From Candidatus Thorarchaeota archaeon (GTDB lineage Archaea > Asgardarchaeota > Thorarchaeia > Thorarchaeales > Thorarchaeaceae), in assembly GCA_046482545.1 (NCBI GenBank), contig JAWOEX010000032.1, positions 96,001-160,000 of the forward strand: a stretch of DNA of 64,000 bases. Direction: 5' to 3'. The notes below the pieces were generated by a model. It saw only the letters and a list, made by a program, of their open reading frames with translations. It did no database searches and was not told where the DNA came from. The position numbers and the translations under genes were made by a program. Positions within the stretch are counted from its first letter, which is position 1. The number at the start of each line of letters is the position of its first letter. Shown in pieces: positions 18,173-28,879 of the stretch.

Positions 18173-18813
18173 CGTCTAATCCGCCTGTATTGACCGGGTT
18201 TATGAGCCAGTCCAATAGCTGATAAAACCTTCGAACTGTCTGGATAGTTTCTCAGAAGCAACTGATATGCCATTGTACCCAAGAATCTGGGTCCTATTCA
18301 CACCTAGAATGTCGCGGGCCGTTGTTCGCAAGGTGTACTATTGATTGCTAAGGATATCTCGACCAATTCAGAATAGTCTCGTGGAATCCGATATAAAGGC
18401 ATCTCCGGATTAGGAGCATTCCGGAATCAAAAACGGTGATTCTTGTTGATTCCCATTTCATTCTTCTATTATGCTCAGAATCGTCGCTCTGATTTTTCTA
18501 CGCCACCATAGAATGATAGAGGTGAATATATTTTGATACCAGAAGTGCCAGAACTGCCATGGATCTACTAGCTACTTACGAATGAAACGGGGGACAATTG
18601 TATAGTCCCCTCTTCTCCAAAATGTTATAGATTCAGTAGTCATATTCTTCTCCTATTAGTAAGTAGACGAGACTCTTCTCTCTTTTCTCTTGTGTGGCAC
18701 GAGATTCACTACATTCGTTTGAAGAAGTCAGTATTTATGGCCTTTTTTGTGCATCATCTCGTTGACCTTGGAATACTGGAAATCCTTCAAATGCTTCGAA
18801 TACATTTATTCTG

Positions 18814-19582
18814 ATGGAGGAAATCAGTGTGCCGAATAATCATGAGTATGAAGGGGTAGCCGAATTCTATGACCTTTTCGCTGATAATAGTGATATTTCA
18901 TTCTATACTAGCTACGCACACGAAACAGGGTCCCCAGTGCTTGATTTAGCAGCTGGCACTTTGCGGGTTGCCGTCCCTCTTGCAAAGGAGGGTTTCCGCG
19001 TTTTTGCTCTTGAGAAGTCTCCATCTATGCTTTCTATTGCAAGAGAGAAGCTTGACCGTCTTTCAAAACCGGCTGAAAGCAGAATTACATTGATTGAAGG
19101 GGACATGACAGATTTCGGCTTTGACATAGCATTCTCCCTGGTTATCATTCCGGCTTCATTTGCCCACGCTCTGACTACGGAAGAACAACTACCAACGCTG
19201 GAGAGCATTTGTGCGATGAAGTCTTTTCATACTGGATTTGTTTCCGGGGGCGTTTCGTGACGAAGATGGTCAATGGGCGGATGAACCAGTGCAGCTCCCC
19301 AATGGGCGGGTTGTGGCTCGCAAGGGGAAGATTCAAGCGGATAAGGTTCAGCAGCGAAAAGACCTGGAAATAGAGTATACGGTTTCAGGCGTTGAAGATG
19401 ACATTAATGAAACCATGGAAGTTGAATCTTCCGTGGCGATTATTTACAACCGCGAGGCTAACTTACTGGTTAAGACGGCCGGGTTCGAACTCATCGAGGA
19501 GTTTGGTGATTTCGATAAACAACTCTACACACCAGAGTGCACCAGAAGAATACTCGTTCTACGGAAAGATGCAGGAGAGTAG
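18814..19582 (+). pseudogene. class I SAM-dependent methyltransferase, frameshifted near 19205-19225
   Basis: VLDLAAGT, EKSPSML, GDMTDF in the first frame; LFILDLFPG...GFELIEEFGDFD continues in a second frame. Confidence 0.75.
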
Positions 19583-19860
19583 TGCTTGTTGACCCGGTGT
19601 AAATAGGAAGATAGCGGTGTCTTCAATTTGGCCCATGTTAGTCCATTAGCCGTACATGATTCGCCTCTTTTCAAAATCGTTAACATAATACTTCAGAATC
19701 CCGAAAATTTCATAAATTCTAAATCAATATATGACAACAAGTCTTGGCCAAATTCTTGTTGGCCCTTGGATATAGTTGGACGGGGTCTAGTACTCTGTCT
19801 ATTAGGATATGGCTTTAGAGAAAATGAGCTAGACATGATACTGCACGGGAGAGTGATCTA

Positions 19861-20010
19861 GTGTCTAAGAAGAAAGATGTTACTCCTAATATTCCGATAA
19901 CAGAATGGTATGAGCTTGAGCGCAATATGGAGATTATCGCAAGAATGAGCACGGAACCAACTCGTGAGGTTCTAACCTCAGGCGTTCATCAGAAAAGGGA
20001 ATCTTTGTGA
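19861..20010 (+). CDS. putative small protein (49 aa)
   Basis: GTG start after GGAGAGTG; MSKKKDVTPNIPITEWYELERNMEIIARM...; followed by a 9-bp stem 20060-20068/20089-20097. Confidence 0.35.
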   Translation: MSKKKDVTPNIPITEWYELERNMEIIARMSTEPTREVLTSGVHQKRESL

Positions 20011-20139
20011 TTACATTCAACCCCCTTCAATACTCTGTTGACGAAAAAAGATTTGGTTTGGGGTGCCTAGAGCCATTCAATATGAATAAGGCACCCCGTC
20101 CTTTTCATTATCTTCCAACTAGCAGCCTACTGAGAATTT

Positions 20140-21372
20140 TCAAAAATCAGTCAGATCCTCCGGGAGAGGAAGCTCATCGACTTGTTTCGCTTCTTTTCTG
20201 ATGGTTACGTCGTTTTCAGTTTCGAGACTGTCTGTGTACAGTACTTCTCCTTCCACTATTGCATCCCTTTCAATGTAGACATCCTTACCGTAGACGTTTG
20301 CAACTCTGGCCCTTTCTTCAATCCGAATGTCCTCACCATATAGGGAATCAGTCCTTGCACGTTCACGAATCAGAATCTCTCGGGATTCGACAAATCCCCG
20401 GACTTCACCTTTTCTACCAATTCTGAATCCGTCTTCAGCGAAAATGTACTCAGCTTCTATACGACCACCTGCGAGAATCCGGTAGGTGTCGATTCTACCA
20501 CCCACGGAGACGGTTCCCCCAACTTTGATTTTCCTGCTGGCCTTGAGGTTGTTTCTAACAGACAGCTTGCCTCCCACCTCTACGTACTCTAATTCTAGAG
20601 ATCCCTCCACCTTCACAGCCCCGCCAACATCGATTTCTTTTCCTTTGGCATCACCGCTAATCTTGACACTACCGCCAACATCAATTTCTCCGAATTCGAA
20701 ATTCTCAGCTGCTTTGAATGACCCGCCTACATCTACGGATTCCACTTTCGAATCTGGACCTACCTTGGCAGAACCACCAACGTCAATCTCATCGATTTCA
20801 ACTGTGCCTTTGGCCTTGAAGCTGCCACCTATATTCACTTTGCCGATTTTGCCGTGACTGCATTTACCGCTTCCACCAACGTGTAGCTCATCGCTCTCGA
20901 TTCGACCACCTACCTTTATCGAGCCGCCCCCTCTCAATCTATCAACAACCGCGTCGCCATTGATACTTACAGAACCACCAGCCCCCATCCTTTGGGCTCT
21001 CGCATTGCCTCTCACATTGATGGAACCACCACCTTTTGCCCCTCCACAAATCAAGTCCTCTCCAATACTAAGTGCCCCCCCGGCTTCAAAGATCCGCCCC
21101 TTTGCTGAACCCGTAACTTCTATGCTTCCTTTTTTCGCTGTAGCTGAGCCCTCAACCTCCAAGTCACCATCGATTGTCACTTTATCCTTTGACACAACTT
21201 CTAGATTTTCTGCCTTTACATTGCCTCTGAAAAGGGTTTCACCGCGAATTCTCAGGTTTCCTTCTATGATGATTTGTGAGCCATCCTCAGGGACTATATC
21301 TCTGCAATCCTTAAGCTCCAGATTCTCTCGAATCGGACCCAGAACAAGTTCCTGCTCATCCTTGAATTTCAT
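20140..21372 (-). CDS. bactofilin-like / polymer-forming beta-helix repeat protein
   Basis: Many ~17-aa repeats of (I/V)D(V/I)GGS(V/F)K(V/A/I)xG; ATG at 21372 after AAGGAG. Confidence 0.7.
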   Translation of the reverse strand: MKFKDEQELVLGPIRENLELKDCRDIVPEDGSQIIIEGNLRIRGETLFRGNVKAENLEVVSKDKVTIDGDLEVEGSATAKKGSIEVTGSAKGRIFEAGGALSIGEDLICGGAKGGGSINVRGNARAQRMGAGGSVSINGDAVVDRLRGGGSIKVGGRIESDELHVGGSGKCSHGKIGKVNIGGSFKAKGTVEIDEIDVGGSAKVGPDSKVESVDVGGSFKAAENFEFGEIDVGGSVKISGDAKGKEIDVGGAVKVEGSLELEYVEVGGKLSVRNNLKASRKIKVGGTVSVGGRIDTYRILAGGRIEAEYIFAEDGFRIGRKGEVRGFVESREILIRERARTDSLYGEDIRIEERARVANVYGKDVYIERDAIVEGEVLYTDSLETENDVTIRKEAKQVDELPLPEDLTDF

Positions 21373-21616
21373 GGTCTTCGTTGACTCCTTGTCTTTTCTA
21401 CATTGAAAGTATGGGTTATGCCTATATAAAGCGAAGTCACAATGAGTAGTCACATATTGTGACTATCAGCTAATGCTCATTTTCGCAATCTAGAGAACTA
21501 TTCTGAACCTTCCCCTGCTATGACACAGAATACACAGAGCATGCGTTTCTTGTTGCTTCCTTTGCGGATATACCAATATATATCGTCACACACACGCGTT
21601 TCTATGGTGAAATAAG

Positions 21617-22795
21617 ATGGTTGTCGAGGAGATTACTAGCGATATTCTGTATCTAGGTGTGCGTGATTGGAATCGGAGACTATTTGACGAGCTCATACCC
21701 CTTCCAGACGGTACGAGTTACAATTCCTTTCTGATTAGAGGAACTGAGAAAACAGCTCTCATTGATACTGTAGATCAGGGAAAAACGGATGAATTTTTGA
21801 GGAAACTAGATGAAGCCGAAATCAACCGGTTAGACTACGTTATATCCAATCATGCTGAGCAGGACCATTCGGGATCGCTACCCGCCATCTTAGAGAAATT
21901 TTCCGGTGCGAAAATTGTTACCATGGACAAGTGCAAAGATCTACTTATGGACAAAATGCACATTGACGAAGGCAGCTTCCATGTAGTTGAGGATGGTGAA
22001 ACCCTTTCTTTGGGAAACAAGACGCTAGAATTCATCAAAGCCCCGTGGGTTCACTGGCCAGAGACATTACTTACATATCTTCAAGAAGATAAAATTCTGT
22101 TTCCATGTGACTTTTTTGGTTCTCACTGGGCAAGTAGTAGTCTGTACGTCCCTGAGGGCGAAGAAGAGAAGCTGTTAGAAGCCGCAAAGAGATACTATGC
22201 CGAAATTATGATGCCATTCCGTCAAATCATTAAGCGGCACTTGAAAAAGATTGAAGGTTACGATATAGAGATCGTAGCACCAAGTCATGGCCCGATTCAC
22301 AATAATCCTGCGTTGATAATAGATGCCTATAAGGAATGGACTGCCGATGAGACTGAGAACGAAATCGTCATCGCATATGAATCCATGTATGGTTCTACAC
22401 AACAGATGATTGACTATCTGATTGAAGGGTTCATTAAACTCGGTATCACAGTGAAACCTTTCAAATTGAACCAAACTGATATTGGTGAACTTGCAAAAGC
22501 ATTGGTGAATGCAAGAACAATCATCTTAGGTTCCCCCACCGTGCTCACCGGAGCCCATCCTACGGTCGTTTATGCTGCTGTATTGGCAAACGCACTGAGA
22601 CCCAAAGCGAAGTATGCGACCATAGTAGGCTCTTATGGATGGCAGACGAATATAATCGAATCTCTAACTGGTCTATTGGGTCGATTGAAACTTGAACTGT
22701 TTGAGCCTGTCATTATCAAGGGAGAGCCAGTGGAAGAGGACTTCGCGAAACTTGATAGACTTGTCCAAGAAATCCACCAGAAACACCAGGACTGA
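21617..22795 (+). CDS. fprA: flavodiiron protein (A-type flavoprotein)
   Basis: GTSYNS, HAEQDHSG, HWPE, CDFFG, PSHG, C-terminal flavodoxin SMYGST..GSPT..GSYGW. Confidence 0.93.
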   Translation: MVVEEITSDILYLGVRDWNRRLFDELIPLPDGTSYNSFLIRGTEKTALIDTVDQGKTDEFLRKLDEAEINRLDYVISNHAEQDHSGSLPAILEKFSGAKIVTMDKCKDLLMDKMHIDEGSFHVVEDGETLSLGNKTLEFIKAPWVHWPETLLTYLQEDKILFPCDFFGSHWASSSLYVPEGEEEKLLEAAKRYYAEIMMPFRQIIKRHLKKIEGYDIEIVAPSHGPIHNNPALIIDAYKEWTADETENEIVIAYESMYGSTQQMIDYLIEGFIKLGITVKPFKLNQTDIGELAKALVNARTIILGSPTVLTGAHPTVVYAAVLANALRPKAKYATIVGSYGWQTNIIESLTGLLGRLKLELFEPVIIKGEPVEEDFAKLDRLVQEIHQKHQD

Positions 22796-23014
22796 GGGGC
22801 GAATTTTCGAGGACATCATTGCTCTCACTGTTATAGCAGAATTCACTTGAGAATGTCCATCCATATTCTCCCGAAGGCTATATTCGGAAAACATGTTCAT
22901 GAGAGAGAATTGTGGAGATTCCATTTGAAATAGATATTATCCCAATGACGCTCGGCGTATTCCCTATGGTAGTATCCATCTAGTTTATGATACTTGCTAT
23001 GGGCTTTAATCCTG

Positions 23015-23317
23015 CTACATACCCATTATTGGATCAGGAATAGGCATCCCTACCAGCTTTGCCATCCGCTTATACAGCTCTAGGTACTGATGCCCGCGGA
23101 CAGTTACCGTGTAGAGGATTTGTCCTTCGTCATCTTCTCTTTCTAGTAAACCTCTGTTACAGAGCATGTTGATGCTATCTTTCGCACGATCTACAGGCAT
23201 GTTCGTCGAGCGCGCGGCCCGAGTGAGTGGACAGTGACCGTAGATGTAAATCACTCGAATAAGCTCAGCATATATATCGTACCTTGTTCTGCGTGGACGC
23301 TCTTTTCGCCGTGGCAC
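23015..23317 (-). CDS. small wHTH transcriptional regulator
   Basis: RRTRYDIYAELI...LTRAARSTN...GLL...YTVTVRGHQYL; likely GTG start at 23317. Confidence 0.8.
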   Translation of the reverse strand: MPRRKERPRRTRYDIYAELIRVIYIYGHCPLTRAARSTNMPVDRAKDSINMLCNRGLLEREDDEGQILYTVTVRGHQYLELYKRMAKLVGMPIPDPIMGM

Positions 23318-23438
23318 ATCAACACACCGATTTTGAGTGTTCCTGTATCCATAAAAAAGGTGCGACGGATACAAGATGGCTATCTACAAACAACCCTTAA
23401 GAAACCCAATTCTACCCTAGGAAGTAAGGGGAGCAAAG

Positions 23439-24182
23439 GTGAAACTCGCGAGCGTCTATGTTATCCGAAATAATGGAGAACTTGCATATTCTCGTGTGTT
23501 GAGCGATGAACGTAATAATCTCCACTTTTCCCTTCCTACTTGCGTCAAAACAGGCGTTACTCTTCTGAGCTCTGCAGCTTCTGTATCGGAAGAAAGAACC
23601 TACTTCCTACAAGATAACGGAAATTTCTGGGTCTATGCGCTATTCAACGAATTTGCGGTTGTGGCTGTCACGAGTGAAACAGAGAACAAGGCACAGCTGA
23701 AACAGAGACTGGTATCATTGGGTAAGGCTATCCGGAAATCGTACGGCAACATGATTGATACATGGGCTGGCGAAATCCCACAAATGGCCGATTTGGACAA
23801 CCTTGTAGACAGATACCTACTTGTAAAACCCGAACCATTGCAAGAGAGGGTTGTTGATTGCGCCAGACAGGTGGCGGACAAAGCTCTTGAGGCCTATAAA
23901 ATCGCCTATGTTGGTGTATTTGATGCTGAGGGCAACATGGTTTATGGCAATGTCCCAGAATCCCACACTCAGAGAATACAAGAAGAAATTTCCAAAACTG
24001 GTTTCAAACCAACCCCTGACATGGTGCCTAGTTCTCTCAAGGTCAACAAATACGATGTACAATTTTTCAAGGGGCGATCATATAGTGTGGTTGCGGCTTC
24101 TTACAGAGGAGGACGTAAGATGGAAGCGGTCCACGCAGTTGATGAAATCATGCAGGCGTTAAGAGATGTTAGCGCATCTTGA
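23439..24182 (+). CDS. longin-like N-terminal domain plus roadblock/profilin-like C-terminal domain protein
   Basis: SVYVIRNNGELAYSR resembles longin beta1-beta2; IAYVGVFDAEGNMVYG...SVVAA plus a C-terminal helix resembles roadblock/profilin. Fold call is by pattern only. Confidence 0.55.
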   Translation: MKLASVYVIRNNGELAYSRVLSDERNNLHFSLPTCVKTGVTLLSSAASVSEERTYFLQDNGNFWVYALFNEFAVVAVTSETENKAQLKQRLVSLGKAIRKSYGNMIDTWAGEIPQMADLDNLVDRYLLVKPEPLQERVVDCARQVADKALEAYKIAYVGVFDAEGNMVYGNVPESHTQRIQEEISKTGFKPTPDMVPSSLKVNKYDVQFFKGRSYSVVAASYRGGRKMEAVHAVDEIMQALRDVSAS

Positions 24183-24236
24183 AAAGAGGAAAGGGCTAAA
24201 TGCAGCGCTCCATTTTGAATCTCAAGTGAGTAGACG

Positions 24237-24866
24237 ATGCTTATTGCTGGTATTTGTGGCTCCCCAAAAACCGAGAAATCACACACAGAATTCTTGTTAA
24301 GCAAGGCGTTGGAGGCTGCATCTTCTGAACTTTCAAATGGTTCTAAGAAGGAATCAACCACAGTGCTCTTGAACATAAGCGACTACGAAATCCGGCCCTG
24401 CACTGGGTGCGATGCCTGTGTTCGCCGCAAACCTTGTCCTGAGAGCGAGCATGACGATATACCCAAAATCGAAGAATGGCTGAAGAAAGCTGATGGGATT
24501 ATCATTTCCGCCCCCTCGTATTTTACTGCGGTTCCAGGTGTTTTGAAGAATCTGATTGATAGATCAAGACCCATGAAAATGAACGGAAACGAATTGAAGA
24601 ATAAAGTATTCGGAGCAATCTCGTATGCGGGGCTGAGATATGGTGGACAGGAACATATTATTGACTATCTGAATCGATTCGCTCTTGGACACGGAATGAT
24701 TGTGGTTGGTGCTGTGGGAAATCCTGTTAAAGACGGATTTTTTGGCGCAGGAAGCTTACAAACAGACAATGGTAAGTGGCGGTCTGCAAGGGATGATGAG
24801 CTGGCAATCAGAGGCAGTATTCAGCTAGGAAGACGGATAGCAGAACTCGTGAACAAGATGCAATAA
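24237..24866 (+). CDS. iron-sulfur flavoprotein / multimeric flavodoxin WrbA family
   Basis: GICGSP, CTGCDAC-x5-C, APSYF, LKNLIDR, GGQE. Confidence 0.9.
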   Translation: MLIAGICGSPKTEKSHTEFLLSKALEAASSELSNGSKKESTTVLLNISDYEIRPCTGCDACVRRKPCPESEHDDIPKIEEWLKKADGIIISAPSYFTAVPGVLKNLIDRSRPMKMNGNELKNKVFGAISYAGLRYGGQEHIIDYLNRFALGHGMIVVGAVGNPVKDGFFGAGSLQTDNGKWRSARDDELAIRGSIQLGRRIAELVNKMQ

Positions 24867-25444
24867 TGGGTGAGAATCTGTTGGCCGATGAACCCCAACC
24901 TGGTTTCATACAGGTCTACACTGGGAATGGCAAAGGGAAAACTACAGCCGCACTTGGAGCTGGTATACGAGCAGCAGGCCACGGTCTAGGTGTAATGATG
25001 ATTTCGTTCATGAAGGCTAAAGTGGCCATGCGTGGCAATAAAGAAGATACCAACTACGGTGAGTTTGCCTCTGTTGAAAAGATTCCGAACTTCACAATTA
25101 TCCCCGTTGGAAGAGCGACTTTCGTTGACAAAGAGAACCCAGATCCTATCGATATTGAACTTGCGCAGAAGGGCCTTCGTATGGCTCAAGAAGCGATTGC
25201 TCATCACACGTGTGATGTTCTGATATTGGATGAAATCAACGTCGCAGTGGAGTGGAATCTTTTTAGCCTTGAAGATCAGCTGGACCTCATACAGACTAAA
25301 CCTGAAGACATGGAACTAATAATGACCGGTCGCTATGCACGTGATGAAGTCATTGAAGCAGCTGACTTGGTTACTGAAATGAACGAGGTAAAGCACTACT
25401 TCAATGATGAAGGCGTTAAGGCAAGAAAGGGCTTCGAATTCTGA
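24866..25444 (+). CDS. cobO: cob(I)yrinic acid a,c-diamide adenosyltransferase
   Basis: [39 protein letters not shown]. Confidence 0.92.
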   Translation: MGENLLADEPQPGFIQVYTGNGKGKTTAALGAGIRAAGHGLGVMMISFMKAKVAMRGNKEDTNYGEFASVEKIPNFTIIPVGRATFVDKENPDPIDIELAQKGLRMAQEAIAHHTCDVLILDEINVAVEWNLFSLEDQLDLIQTKPEDMELIMTGRYARDEVIEAADLVTEMNEVKHYFNDEGVKARKGFEF

Positions 25445-25523
25445 GCTCTGCAGCGGATGGGAATCGAATAAGTTAAAATCATCCATTGGAAGAGCTTTCA
25501 TACTGTATTCAGGAGAACTGGAC

Positions 25524-27239
25524 ATGGGTGCCGATAAAGCTGAATCCACAAAGGAATATTCTGCTAGTAAACCAGAGCAGAATCGGATAGCCAAGGCGAA
25601 AGAAAAGTGGGAACAAGAAGTTCTTGAACCTCATTTGAACAAGTACCCCGAAATCAAAGAGGAATTCGTAACCACTTCCAGCAAGCCTGTTAAGAGGCTC
25701 TACACCCCCTTGGATACGAATGACCTCAACTACCTTGAGGACTTGGGATTTCCAAGCGAGTATCCCTTCACGCGAGGGGTCCAGCCTACGATGTATCGCG
25801 GCAGGCTGTGGACGATGCGGCAGTTTGCAGGCATGGGTACTGCAGAAGAAACCAATGAACGGTTCAAATACCTCTTGGAGCAGGGACAGACGGGTCTCAG
25901 TGTCGCCTTCCACTTACCAACGATTTACGGACGCGATTCCGACCACCCTGAATCACATGGAGAAGTTGGTAAGCTCGGGGTCGCGGTTGACACGTTAAGA
26001 GACATGGAAATTCTATTCGACGGTATTCCACTGGACGATGTCACCACGAGCATGACAATCAATGCGCCAGCTTCTATTCTGCTTGCGATGTACATGGTCG
26101 TGGCTGAGAAACAGGGTGTTCCTCCTGATCAGATTGGCGGGACTATTCAAAATGACATTTTGAAAGAATATCAGGCCCAGAAATCCTTTATCCTTGCCCC
26201 CAAACCAAGCATGAGAATAATTGTCGATATCATCGAGTACTGTACCGAACACATACCACGATGGAACACTGTTTCAATTAGCGGTTATCACATACGGGAG
26301 GCGGGTTCAACGGCCGCCCAGGAATTGGCATTCACCCTACGAAATGGGCTGGAATATGTTGAACATTGTGTTGAAAGAGGACTTGACGTGGATGATTTTG
26401 CACCACGTTTGTCTTTCTTCTTCAATGCTCACAATGATATTTTCGAAGAAGCAGCCAAGTATCGCGCCGCACGAAGAATTTGGGCTCGCGAGATGAAGAA
26501 ACGCTTCAATCCGAAAAAAGACCGATCTCTCTGGATGAGATTCCATACACAGACGGCGGGTTGTTCGTTAACGGCACACCAACCCATGGTGAATATCGTT
26601 CGGACGGCCTATCAGGCATTGGCTGCGGTTCTCGGTGGAACTCAGTCTCTCCACACCAACAGCATGGATGAGGCTCTATGTCTACCGACAGAAGACGCCG
26701 TTAGAGTTGCTTTGAGAACCCAACAGGTTCTTGCGCATGAAAGTGGAGCAGCAAACACAATAGATCCGCTAGCTGGTTCTTACTACGTCGAATCACTAAC
26801 AGACGAACTTGAAGAAAGGGCGCAGGAGTATTTTGATAAAATCGATGCAATGGGTGGTGTAATCCCTGCTATTCAGAGGGGATTCTTCCAGCGAGAGATT
26901 TCCAAGGCGTCCTACCGGTATCAGCGGGAAATCGATGCAGAAGAACGCATCGTGGTTGGTGTCAACAAATTCAAGGCAGAAGAAGAACCTGAAATCCCTG
27001 TCCTCAAGATTGATCCTGAAGTTGAGAAGAAACAGATTGAGCGTCTCAACGAGGTTCGAGAAATGAGGGACCAAGAAGAAGTCGAAGACGCATTGGCAGC
27101 CCTTCGAGAGGCCTGTGAGGGCGACGAGAACATCATGCCCCATGTTGTCAGAGCAGTACGTGCGTATGCATCAGTTGGAGAAATCGTTGATGTTTGGCGT
27201 GATTTATGGGGCGAGTGGGACGAACCCAAAATCTTCTAG
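25524..27239 (+). CDS. B12-dependent acyl-CoA mutase large subunit, isobutyryl-CoA-mutase type
   Basis: [42 protein letters not shown]; no B12-binding domain; ATG at 25524 after AGGAG. Confidence 0.9.
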   Translation: MGADKAESTKEYSASKPEQNRIAKAKEKWEQEVLEPHLNKYPEIKEEFVTTSSKPVKRLYTPLDTNDLNYLEDLGFPSEYPFTRGVQPTMYRGRLWTMRQFAGMGTAEETNERFKYLLEQGQTGLSVAFHLPTIYGRDSDHPESHGEVGKLGVAVDTLRDMEILFDGIPLDDVTTSMTINAPASILLAMYMVVAEKQGVPPDQIGGTIQNDILKEYQAQKSFILAPKPSMRIIVDIIEYCTEHIPRWNTVSISGYHIREAGSTAAQELAFTLRNGLEYVEHCVERGLDVDDFAPRLSFFFNAHNDIFEEAAKYRAARRIWAREMKKRFNPKKDRSLWMRFHTQTAGCSLTAHQPMVNIVRTAYQALAAVLGGTQSLHTNSMDEALCLPTEDAVRVALRTQQVLAHESGAANTIDPLAGSYYVESLTDELEERAQEYFDKIDAMGGVIPAIQRGFFQREISKASYRYQREIDAEERIVVGVNKFKAEEEPEIPVLKIDPEVEKKQIERLNEVREMRDQEEVEDALAALREACEGDENIMPHVVRAVRAYASVGEIVDVWRDLWGEWDEPKIF

Positions 27240-27384
27240 GACTCATCTTTGAATAATGTCTCCTCTACAAGTTCCTTCCGAACTCTATCAGCGAGCTGGG
27301 GATGGTCCATTCTAAAGGACTACCACAGAAGCATTGTGCTAACTACTTACCATACTGAACCGAAACGTAACGCATGTATTTTAT

Positions 27385-27738
27385 TTATTCTGCGTTTATC
27401 AATTCCTCCAATTTCGCTACCCACTCATCCACGTCGCCCACTTGAAAAATGGCGTCTTCATAACTACCGTTTTCTTCAAAGCTGACTTGTAGCTGTTTTC
27501 TAACCATACCTTTTGTGCTAACTTTCCTAATTTGGTCAAGATGTATGTCTACTGCAGGAATAGTCTTTTTGGCGAAAAAGAACAGAATAGAGGTCTCTCG
27601 CCCAAAGAGGAATCTTTGGTTGGTTAAGATAAGTCGGCCTCCCTGCTTAACGTTTCCTCCATGCAATACATGCTTTGCCGAGTCTTCTTTGATTATTTCT
27701 TCATTGGTCCCTAAATTTGGAAATTCATTTTTTGCCAT
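27385..27738 (-). CDS. stand-alone PH-like/GRAM domain protein
   Basis: GGRLILTNQRFLF, IHLDQIRKV, C-terminal helix DEWVAKLEE. Confidence 0.75.
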   Translation of the reverse strand: MAKNEFPNLGTNEEIIKEDSAKHVLHGGNVKQGGRLILTNQRFLFGRETSILFFFAKKTIPAVDIHLDQIRKVSTKGMVRKQLQVSFEENGSYEDAIFQVGDVDEWVAKLEELINAE

Positions 27739-28879
27739 TTCCTATATTTCTCCTTGCTTTTCAACTGAATTGATATTCCCGTGAGGGTAACAGCTTTGCA
27801 ACTTCGCATGCTGTTCCCCTGTAAGATACGGTCATTGATTAGCTTTCATATCAATCATTAAATATGTGATTGTGCTATTATATATGAATATATAGTGTTT
27901 CAATATTCCTCAAGCGGATATTGTTGTTTTACAATCGAGATTATACTGGGTCTTGGTTGGTTTTGTCACATCTTTTAGCAGAGTCAGTACTAACCAGATA
28001 CAGGAGAAATCTCTCAGGATGTAAGTCCACGGAGACGGCAAAACTTGGTGCTGCTATTGAATATAGAGATACAGCCGTCTGGTATCGAAGATTGATTTTG
28101 CGATGGAACAAACACCTGATAGAATCGTGTCTGAATCAGATTTTCCCGTCAATCAGACACAGGTCTTGATAGATCTTCCGGCATCATGATTCCGTTCGCC
28201 ACAGTGCAACTTTTCTCAGAGGAAATGTCAGATATTAAGAAGTGGGTACCTGTGATTATCTTTGGACTGCAATCTTATGGTCTTGGTGTCATCCTAGTTT
28301 GCATCTCTCCCACATTACCGTTTTTCACATCAAAATCCTTACTGGTAGGATTTGGATTCAAAAGCAACGAAAATCCTATGGACTCGTAATTAATCTAGGT
28401 ATTGACGTGAAAGATTTCACACACCAAACTGCTCAGAAGAAATGGAATAAACCGTTCCAATAGGTTTTATGTTATCCTTAGTAGAGAAGCGCTCACCTGG
28501 GTTAAGAGGTAAGAGATTTTGGAAGTCCGAACGGATTCTCCCAGTGTTCAGTTTTGGCCTAATCTAATGCAAAGCCAATCTCGTAGGAATACCTTACTGT
28601 GATATTCATATTTGGTGCGTTCTTTGTAACCGTTGCCTAATTGCATACCCCCTCTTATATTTGCACTAATGGGTCTCATACGGTAGAAAAGACCGTCATC
28701 GTCCCGGGAATTTGCCGATCATATACGTTAATCTAGTGATGGTTTCAACAACTATGTGTTTACTATATCGATATAATCATATAGGTGAAGTAATGCGAAC
28801 GCGCAAAGGATATATCAGCAGCAAGTCCGTGACCGTTGATATCTGACATACCTAAGCTGTTGATGTTGGAGACGCTAAA

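Noticed and set aside
20480-21100. Periodic CCACC/CCGCC nucleotide repeats as a CRISPR or tandem DNA repeat
   Set aside because: Explained by Gly-Gly codons of the protein repeat; there is no constant repeat with unique spacers.
25404-25523. N-terminal extension of the mutase in the ORF track
   Set aside because: Overlaps cobO; the SD-preceded ATG at 25524 is the better start.
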